In this document: piece after piece, positions 58,127 to 64,000 of the stretch
Numbering within the stretch: the stretch's first letter is position 1
Layout: each line of letters opens with the position of its first letter
Assembly (NCBI GenBank): GCA_039932315.1
Contig: JBDTQG010000002.1
Span: 13,612 to 77,611 of the forward strand
Origin: Thermoanaerobaculia bacterium
Lineage (GTDB): Bacteria > Acidobacteriota > Thermoanaerobaculia > Multivoradales > JAGPDF01
Length of the DNA: 64,000 nucleotides
Direction: 5' to 3'
Notes under the pieces: generated by a model
What the model saw: only the letters and a program-made list of their open reading frames with translations
Database searches by the model: none
Told to the model about the DNA's origin: nothing
Made by a program: the position numbers and the translations under genes

Positions 58127-60769
58127 ATGACTCTTCGCGCGCTGGGCCTCACACTTCTGCTTTCCGGATGGCCCGCGGCGTTCGCTGTGGAGCCTCCAGC
58201 TGCCCCTCCTGCCCCCTCTGCCCCGGCCGATGCCTCGGCGCTATCCACCGGAGACACCTTCCTCGCCGATGTCGCGCCGCTCGCGACCGCAGCCGAAGTC
58301 GCCGCCTACAAGGCACTGACCCGGGACTATCAACGCCAGGCGTTCGCGCGCAAATTCTGGGAGGTCCGCGATCCGTTCCCGCAGACACCGCGCAACGAGC
58401 TGGAGGAGCGCTGGAGCGCGCGCCTGGGGCTCGCACGGGAGCGCTTCCCGGCTCCCGGCGACGAGCGCTTCCGCATCACGCTGTTCAACGGTGAACCGGC
58501 GCGCCGGATACCGCTGCGCTGCGCGGAGATCCTCCGGGCCGGCGAGATCTGGATTTTCGGCGCAACGGACAGAATTCCTCACGGCTTCGCGCTCGTCTTC
58601 GTCACCAACGGCGTCAACGAGAGCGGTCCGCATCACCTGTGGTCGCCCAAGTCGGGTTATGGCGAGCTGCTCACTTTCGCGATCGAACCGACGGCGGATG
58701 CCATCGGTGAGCTGAATGAACGGATCCCGCGGGACTGTCCGCGCGGCGAGGAGATTCTGGGCGGACTCACCGGAGCCTCCGACTGGGAAGAGCTCGCGCG
58801 TCAGTACGACGTCGTTCCGCATCCGAATCCGGAATGGGTGCGGACCTTTCTTTCCTACTCGACCGATCTGCCTGCAGGCGCCCGGCCGCTTGCCGCCGAA
58901 GTCGCGATTCACTTTCCGGGGCGCAACCAGAGCCGCACGATCGTCGATGCCAGTGTGATCGTCTCGGCGCAGGATCTCCGGGATGCGGCGGGCGCTTCGC
59001 CAGGTCCGGATTCCCCGACCGCGGCTCCGCAGACTCCCGGCGCCGAGGGCGCAGCGCTGCTCCTCGACGGCGAGGTGCTCCGTGACGGCGAGCTCTTCGA
59101 TCACTTCCGCTATCGCTTCGACCTTTCCGCCGAGAACCTGCAGAACGCGACCACGTTGCCGTTCTCGGCCCGGCGCTTTCTCCGGCCCGGGACCTACACC
59201 CTGGTCGTGCGGCTCCAGGACACGGCCAGCGGCAGCGCCTTCCGGAGCGAAATGCCGCTCGAGGTCCCGGCACCGGGAAGCCTCGAGTCCGCCGAAACGC
59301 CGGGAACGACGGGAACGAGGGGAACGACGGGAACGGTGGCAGCGAATGCGCCACCCGCAACGACGGCCGGCAGCGGCGGAAATGTCGCCGTCGCGGGCGG
59401 CGGGCCAGCGAGCGGAGCGAAGGAAGCCGCTGAACCGAGCCTGCGCCTCATCGCACCGACTTCTCAGCTCGTTCTCGGGCGCGTGCGCGTCGAGGCCGAC
59501 GTTCGCGGGATCGAACCGGCCCGCGTCGATTTCGAGCTCGACGGCAAGCCGTTCCTTTCGAAGCGCCGTGCGCCCTTCTCGGTCGAGCTCGACCTCGGCC
59601 GGTCGCCGCGCTTCCGGCGTCTCACGGCTTCCGCTTTCGACGCCGCCGGCGCGCTCGTCGCGGCCGACGAAGTGCTGCTCAACGGCGGACCGCACCGATT
59701 CTCGCTTCGCCTGACCGAACCCACGCGGACCCCACCCGCGGGTCAGCCGCTCGAGACCCGCGCCGAAGTCGATCTGCCGGAAGGAGAGGAGCTCGATCGC
59801 GTCGAGTTCTTCCTCAACGACACACTGCTCGCGACCCTCTATCAGCCGCCGTTCGCCGTGTCGCTCGTCACGCCGCCCTTGAACGGCGTGACCTATCTTC
59901 GCGCGGTGGCGTACCTCGCCGGTGGACTCTCCGCCGAAGACGTCCGCCTTCTGGGTGCCGGACAGGATGGCGGGACGGTGGACGTCGATTTCGTGGAGCT
60001 CTTCGCCACGGTGCTCGATCGTCGCGGACGGCCGGTGAACGATCTCAAGGCCGAAGACTTCCGCGTGCTCGAAGACGGCAAGGAGCAGGTCGTGCGGCGA
60101 TTCGATCAGGTCGATTCCCTCCCGATCCACGCCGGCGTGATGATCGACACGTCGGCTTCGATGCTCGAGGAGCTCAGCGATGCGGAGACCGCCGCCGACC
60201 GCTTCTTCCGCGAGGTACTGACGCCGGCCGACCGCGCAGCCGTCATCACCTTCGCCGACGCTCCACGCCTCGCCGTTCGATTCACCGGCAACCTCGAAGT
60301 TCTCGCCGGCGGTCTCGCGGGACTCAAGGCGGAGGGCGAAACGCGGTTCTTCGACAGCCTCGCCTTCGCGCTGCACTACTTCTCCGGCGTCCGCGGCAAG
60401 CGCGCGCTCATTCTCCTCACGGATGGAGACGACTCGAAGAGCACGTTCCGTTTCGAGGAAGTTCTCGACTTCGCACGGCGGACCGGAGTGACCATCTATT
60501 CGATCGGGCTCAACGTGCCGACGAATCCGGTCGACGCCGGAGTGCACCTCGATCAGCTCGCCCGCGAAACCGGAGGCCGCTCTTTCCGCATCCGTCGCGC
60601 GAACGAGCTTTCCGGCGTCTACGAGACCATCCGCCAGGAGCTCCGGTCGCAGTATCTGGTCGCCTATCAGTCGTCGCGGCTGGATGGATCCGTCGCCTAC
60701 CGGGAGATCGCGCTCGACGTTCTGCGCCCCGGAGTGACCGCGCGCACGATTCGCGGCTACTACCCGTGA
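58127..60769 (+). CDS. exported GWxTD-like + Ig-like + VWA domain protein (paralogue 2)
   Basis: Colinear with paralogue 1 (DYQR.AF..FW..RDPF, STDLP, FPGR, FRY.FD, FSVELDLG); MIDAS DTSAS, TDGDD; ends RGYYP. Confidence 0.85.
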   Translation: MTLRALGLTLLLSGWPAAFAVEPPAAPPAPSAPADASALSTGDTFLADVAPLATAAEVAAYKALTRDYQRQAFARKFWEVRDPFPQTPRNELEERWSARLGLARERFPAPGDERFRITLFNGEPARRIPLRCAEILRAGEIWIFGATDRIPHGFALVFVTNGVNESGPHHLWSPKSGYGELLTFAIEPTADAIGELNERIPRDCPRGEEILGGLTGASDWEELARQYDVVPHPNPEWVRTFLSYSTDLPAGARPLAAEVAIHFPGRNQSRTIVDASVIVSAQDLRDAAGASPGPDSPTAAPQTPGAEGAALLLDGEVLRDGELFDHFRYRFDLSAENLQNATTLPFSARRFLRPGTYTLVVRLQDTASGSAFRSEMPLEVPAPGSLESAETPGTTGTRGTTGTVAANAPPATTAGSGGNVAVAGGGPASGAKEAAEPSLRLIAPTSQLVLGRVRVEADVRGIEPARVDFELDGKPFLSKRRAPFSVELDLGRSPRFRRLTASAFDAAGALVAADEVLLNGGPHRFSLRLTEPTRTPPAGQPLETRAEVDLPEGEELDRVEFFLNDTLLATLYQPPFAVSLVTPPLNGVTYLRAVAYLAGGLSAEDVRLLGAGQDGGTVDVDFVELFATVLDRRGRPVNDLKAEDFRVLEDGKEQVVRRFDQVDSLPIHAGVMIDTSASMLEELSDAETAADRFFREVLTPADRAAVITFADAPRLAVRFTGNLEVLAGGLAGLKAEGETRFFDSLAFALHYFSGVRGKRALILLTDGDDSKSTFRFEEVLDFARRTGVTIYSIGLNVPTNPVDAGVHLDQLARETGGRSFRIRRANELSGVYETIRQELRSQYLVAYQSSRLDGSVAYREIALDVLRPGVTARTIRGYYP

Positions 60770-60800
60770 GGACTTTCACGTTCAGTCCGGAAACTGGAGG

Positions 60801-61430
60801 TTGCCGGTGACGCCGAAACTCGTTCTCGCTTCGGCATCGCCGCGCCGCAGCGCGCTCCTTGCGGAGCTCGATCTGCAGTTCACGGTCCGTCCGTCGGGCG
60901 CCGACGAGACTCCTCTCGCTGGAGAGAGCCCGGCGGACCTCGTTCGCCGGCTGGCCTGCGCGAAAGCCCTGGCGCGGCTCGCGCCGGGAGAGATCGTTCT
61001 CGCCGCCGACACCATCGTCGTCATCGACGAGGAGATCCTCGGGAAGCCGGCGGACGAAGCCGCCGCGCGCGCGATGCTCGCGCAGCTTTCCGGGCGCGAG
61101 CATGAGGTCTGGAGCGGCGTCGCGGTCGCGGAGAAGGGCCGCCTCGCGACGCGCGTCGAACGCACCCTCGTACGGATTCGCGCGCTCGAACCCGGCGAGA
61201 TCGCCGCTTACGTCGCAGGGGGCGAACCGAGCGACAAGGCCGGCGCCTACGCGATTCAGGGGTGGGGAGCGGTCTACGTCGAGGGGATCACCGGCAACTA
61301 CACGAATGTGGTCGGTCTGCCATTACCGGCTGTCGCCGCCTGCCTGCGCGAGCTCGGATTTGAGTTCACCGACTTCCGGCGCGACTTCCGCCGCGACAGC
61401 CTCAACGGGACCTTGATCGAAACGCTCTAG
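60801..61430 (+). CDS. maf: Maf family nucleoside triphosphate pyrophosphatase
   Basis: LASASPRR, ADTIV, ILGKP, DKAGAYAIQG, NVVGLP. Confidence 0.95.
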   Translation: MPVTPKLVLASASPRRSALLAELDLQFTVRPSGADETPLAGESPADLVRRLACAKALARLAPGEIVLAADTIVVIDEEILGKPADEAAARAMLAQLSGREHEVWSGVAVAEKGRLATRVERTLVRIRALEPGEIAAYVAGGEPSDKAGAYAIQGWGAVYVEGITGNYTNVVGLPLPAVAACLRELGFEFTDFRRDFRRDSLNGTLIETL

Positions 61431-61738
61431 CCTTCGAACTTGATCGGCTCGCCGAGCTCGGCGAGCGAAAAATTGGTCATGATCTGGTGGCCGTTGAAGT
61501 CGAGAACGCGCAGGTCCTCCACCGCCGCGAGATCGCGCGCCACGCTGTCGTAGGAATGAGCGTAACGCTCGCGCACCGCGCCGAGGGCGACCTCGTAGGC
61601 GATGAACTTGACGATCCCCTTGTAGCGCAGCTTCTCGACGAGACGCTTATCGGAGAGCTCCGGATAGGTCGAAAGCACGAGGATCGGTCCCGTTCCCGTG
61701 AAGATCAGATAGGACCGGATGCTGGGGCTTGGGCTCAT
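61427..61738 (-). CDS. small hypothetical cytosolic protein (103 aa)
   Basis: Coding-like codon usage; GGGAG upstream of ATG 61738; YLIFTGTGPILVL..KFIAYEV..DLRVLDFNGH. Confidence 0.75.
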   Translation of the reverse strand: MSPSPSIRSYLIFTGTGPILVLSTYPELSDKRLVEKLRYKGIVKFIAYEVALGAVRERYAHSYDSVARDLAAVEDLRVLDFNGHQIMTNFSLAELGEPIKFEG

Positions 61739-61890
61739 GTGGGCGGCTCTCCCGATTGCGCCTGCACCGTAGCTGCCGCCCTTCCGACTGTCAAGAACAT
61801 CCGGCGGAGGCTGGCGCCAGGGCGCGGTTCGCACCCTGGCCGGGCGCCGTGCGGGCGCCGTGCGCGACACGTCCGCGTCGCTAAACGACG

Positions 61891-61930
61891 CTGTCACAGA
61901 CATTTAGAACTCCCGTCACTCGCCCGTCAC
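61891..61930 (+). promoter_or_regulatory. putative Pho-box-like 11-bp phased repeats
   Basis: GTCAC at 61893, 61915 and 61926 (offsets 22 and 11), the first within CTGTCAC; upstream of a PhoB-like regulator. Confidence 0.45.
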
Positions 61931-62155
61931 CCGCCCGCTGTGGAAAAGAACCCTTTCGACCTGCGAAGAGGCGCTGAATCAAATCAACTGTTTCGATCTA
62001 AACTATTGATTCCAAAGCGCTTACTGCCTGTGCACAGATTCTTGTTCAAAACGCTGAAAAGCCGCTGCTGGACGGAGCGCAATGGCCTTCCCGAGGGGGA
62101 TTTCCGCAGGCTTTTCCGCGATGGCTGCGGACAGGCGCATGTTAGCCTCGAAAAC

Positions 62156-62842
62156 ATGGTCGCGACGCGCATTCTCGTCGTCGAGGACGAGCCCGATATC
62201 GCCGAAGTTCTGCAGTTCAACCTGGAGCGCGCGGACTTCGCCGTGTCCGTCGAAAGGCGCGGCGACAGCGCGCTGGAGGCGATCCGACGACGGCCGCCTG
62301 ATCTCATCGTCCTCGATCTCATGCTCCCCGGCCTCGACGGTCTCGAGCTCGCGCGCGTGCTGAAGCGCGATCCGGCGACATCGGGATTGCCTCTCGTCAT
62401 GCTGACCGCGAAGGGCGAAGAGCTCGATCGCATCGTCGGTCTCGAGCTTGGCGCCGACGACTACATCTCGAAGCCGTTCAGCCCGCGGGAGGTCGTCCTG
62501 CGGATCAAGGCGGTGCTCCGGCGACATGCGGGTGAAGACGAAGCCAGCGATGTGATCGAGATCGGACGCCTGAGGCTCGACTCTGCCGCACACCGCGCGG
62601 AGGTCCGCGGCGCCGACGTTCCGCTGACGGCCACGGAATTCCGCCTGCTGCGTATTCTCATGGAGCGGCAGGGCCGCGTGCAGACGCGGGCGCGCCTTCT
62701 CACGGATGTCTGGGGATATGCAGACGACGTCGATAGCCGGACGGTCGACACCCATGTGCGTCGCCTGCGCCACAAACTCGGAGCCGAAGCCGACCGGATC
62801 GAGACCGTCATCGGCGTGGGATACCGGATGCGCGGCGAATGA
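62156..62842 (+). CDS. OmpR/PhoB family response regulator (PhoB/PhoP-like)
   Basis: VVEDE, LDLMLP, GADDYISKPF, LTATEF, RTVDTHVRRLR. Confidence 0.93.
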   Translation: MVATRILVVEDEPDIAEVLQFNLERADFAVSVERRGDSALEAIRRRPPDLIVLDLMLPGLDGLELARVLKRDPATSGLPLVMLTAKGEELDRIVGLELGADDYISKPFSPREVVLRIKAVLRRHAGEDEASDVIEIGRLRLDSAAHRAEVRGADVPLTATEFRLLRILMERQGRVQTRARLLTDVWGYADDVDSRTVDTHVRRLRHKLGAEADRIETVIGVGYRMRGE

Positions 62843-62852
62843 CCGGACGGAC

Positions 62853-63359
62853 ATGAAGATTCTCATCGTCCGCCACGGTATCGCGGAGGATCTCGCGGCG
62901 TTCGCCGGCTCCGGCCGCGAAGATCGGCTGCGTCCGCTGACGGACGACGGCCGGCGCAAAATGCGCAAGGTTGCCGAAGCGCTTTCGGCGCTCGTCCCGG
63001 AGCTCGCGCTCGTGGCCACCAGCCCGTATGTCCGGGCGCGCGATTCCGCCGAGCTGCTGGTACGCGCATTTCCCGAACGCCCGGTGCTTTCGGAGCTCGC
63101 GGAGCTCGCGCCCACCGGTTCGAACGTTGCGGTGCTCAAATTCCTCCAGGCGCAGAAATCCCTCCCTCTGGTCGCCTGCGTCGGGCACGAACCGAATCTT
63201 TCCCAGTTGGCAGCCTGGCTTCTTACCGGCAGGGAGAAGTCCTTCATCGAGCTGCGCAAGGGCGGCGCCTGTCTGCTCGATTTCGCCGGGCGTGTGGCGT
63301 CCGGGGGCGCGACGCTTCTCTGGCACCTCACCCCAGGCCAGCTCCGGTCCGCGAGATGA
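62853..63359 (+). CDS. sixA: phosphohistidine phosphatase SixA family
   Basis: RHG, RPLT, SPYVRA, VGHEP, KGG. Confidence 0.88.
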   Translation: MKILIVRHGIAEDLAAFAGSGREDRLRPLTDDGRRKMRKVAEALSALVPELALVATSPYVRARDSAELLVRAFPERPVLSELAELAPTGSNVAVLKFLQAQKSLPLVACVGHEPNLSQLAAWLLTGREKSFIELRKGGACLLDFAGRVASGGATLLWHLTPGQLRSAR

Positions 63360-64000
63360 GCGAACCGCGAGGTCCGCTCAGGTTACCCGCCGACCTTCTC
63401 AGCCGTTCGGCGGAGGAGGCCGTGCGCCGCCTCGCTCTCGTCCAGCTCGGTCGGGCGAGTGCGGCCCGTCTGCGCCTCGTCGAGGGCGATCGCGAAGAGG
63501 CGCTGCATGACTTCCGGGTTGCGCTTCGGCGCCTGCGCAGTCTGCTGCGGTCGCATCGCGGCAGCTTCTCGCACGAGTTTCCGAAGAAGTCCCTGCGCCG
63601 GATCGCGGCGATCGCGAGAGATACCAATCCGGGCCGTGACGCCGAGGTTCAGCTCGCCTGGGTTGTCACGCTGGCGGCCGATCTGAAGCCGGCCGAACGG
63701 GCGGGACATGCCGCACTCGCACGCGAGCTGACCGAGCGCCGCGACGAGTGCTATCGCAAAGTCGAGCGCGAAATCGTGCGCGACTTCAGCGCGCTCGCCA
63801 CCGACTTTTCCGCGCGGCTGCGTTCCTATCAGGTGGGGGTCGACCTCGCGCGACCCTCTCGGCCTCAGACCTTCGCTGCGGCGACCCGATCGGCGCTCGC
63901 CCAGGCAAGCAGCGACTGTCTGGAAAAGCTCGCAGCGCTCGAATCCGCCGCCGACGAGAGCGCCGGGCATGCGGCCCGGATCGCCGCGAAACGTGTGCGC
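63356..64000 (+). CDS. CHAD domain protein (3' truncated by window edge)
   Basis: ATG overlaps the sixA stop; manual translation gives EEALHDFRVALRRLRS; absent from the ORF track, consistent with no in-frame stop inside the window. Confidence 0.85.
   Translation, partial: MSEPRGPLRLPADLLSRSAEEAVRRLALVQLGRASAARLRLVEGDREEALHDFRVALRRLRSLLRSHRGSFSHEFPKKSLRRIAAIARDTNPGRDAEVQLAWVVTLAADLKPAERAGHAALARELTERRDECYRKVEREIVRDFSALATDFSARLRSYQVGVDLARPSRPQTFAAATRSALAQASSDCLEKLAALESAADESAGHAARIAAKRVR

Noticed and set aside
59302-59337. 9-bp GGGAACGAC-type repeats (similar ones in the chrA linker at about 14818-14850)
   Set aside because: In-frame low-complexity linker expansions (GTT/GNA peptides)

Overview
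GC-rich bacterial chromosomal window. The gene families (acidobacterial VWA/GWxTD-like proteins, DUF1800/DUF1501, a LamG protein with a Cys/Trp-rich C-terminal domain) suggest Acidobacteriota, probably Thermoanaerobaculia; this is inference. About 60 CDS; no rRNA, tRNA, CRISPR array or intact mobile element was recognised. Contents in order: (1) an aromatic-CoA (2-aminobenzoyl/salicylyl-CoA, abm-like) catabolic cluster at 1-20.2 kb, interrupted by cls, a YtrA-ABC operon and a chrA split by one in-frame TGA; (2) rplU-rpmA-obgE-nadD-rsfS, running into an ATPase-degenerate sigma54 activator, a creatininase-family gene and mscL; (3) an orphan histidine kinase, a peptide ABC transporter, queA, a LamG protein, LOG and gcvTHP; (4) two tandem DUF1800-DUF1501 pairs whose DUF1501 proteins carry Tat signals and a shared C-terminal F-x-D-G-F-x-x-G-x4-W-S tail; (5) a CASTOR/POLLUX-like channel followed by a DUF937 protein with DxDxDG loops, a Prx-DsbA pair, a split NAD synthetase, rsmI and iscS-mnmA; (6) two paralogous GWxTD-like/VWA exported proteins, maf and a PhoB-like/SixA/CHAD module with Pho-box-like repeats. 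The best candidates for undescribed systems are the duplicated DUF1800/DUF1501 module, the pseudo-ATPase enhancer-binding protein, the GNAT-like gene coupled to the aryl-CoA ligase, and the channel/DUF937 pair. All family assignments come from motif recognition by eye; no database searches were run.
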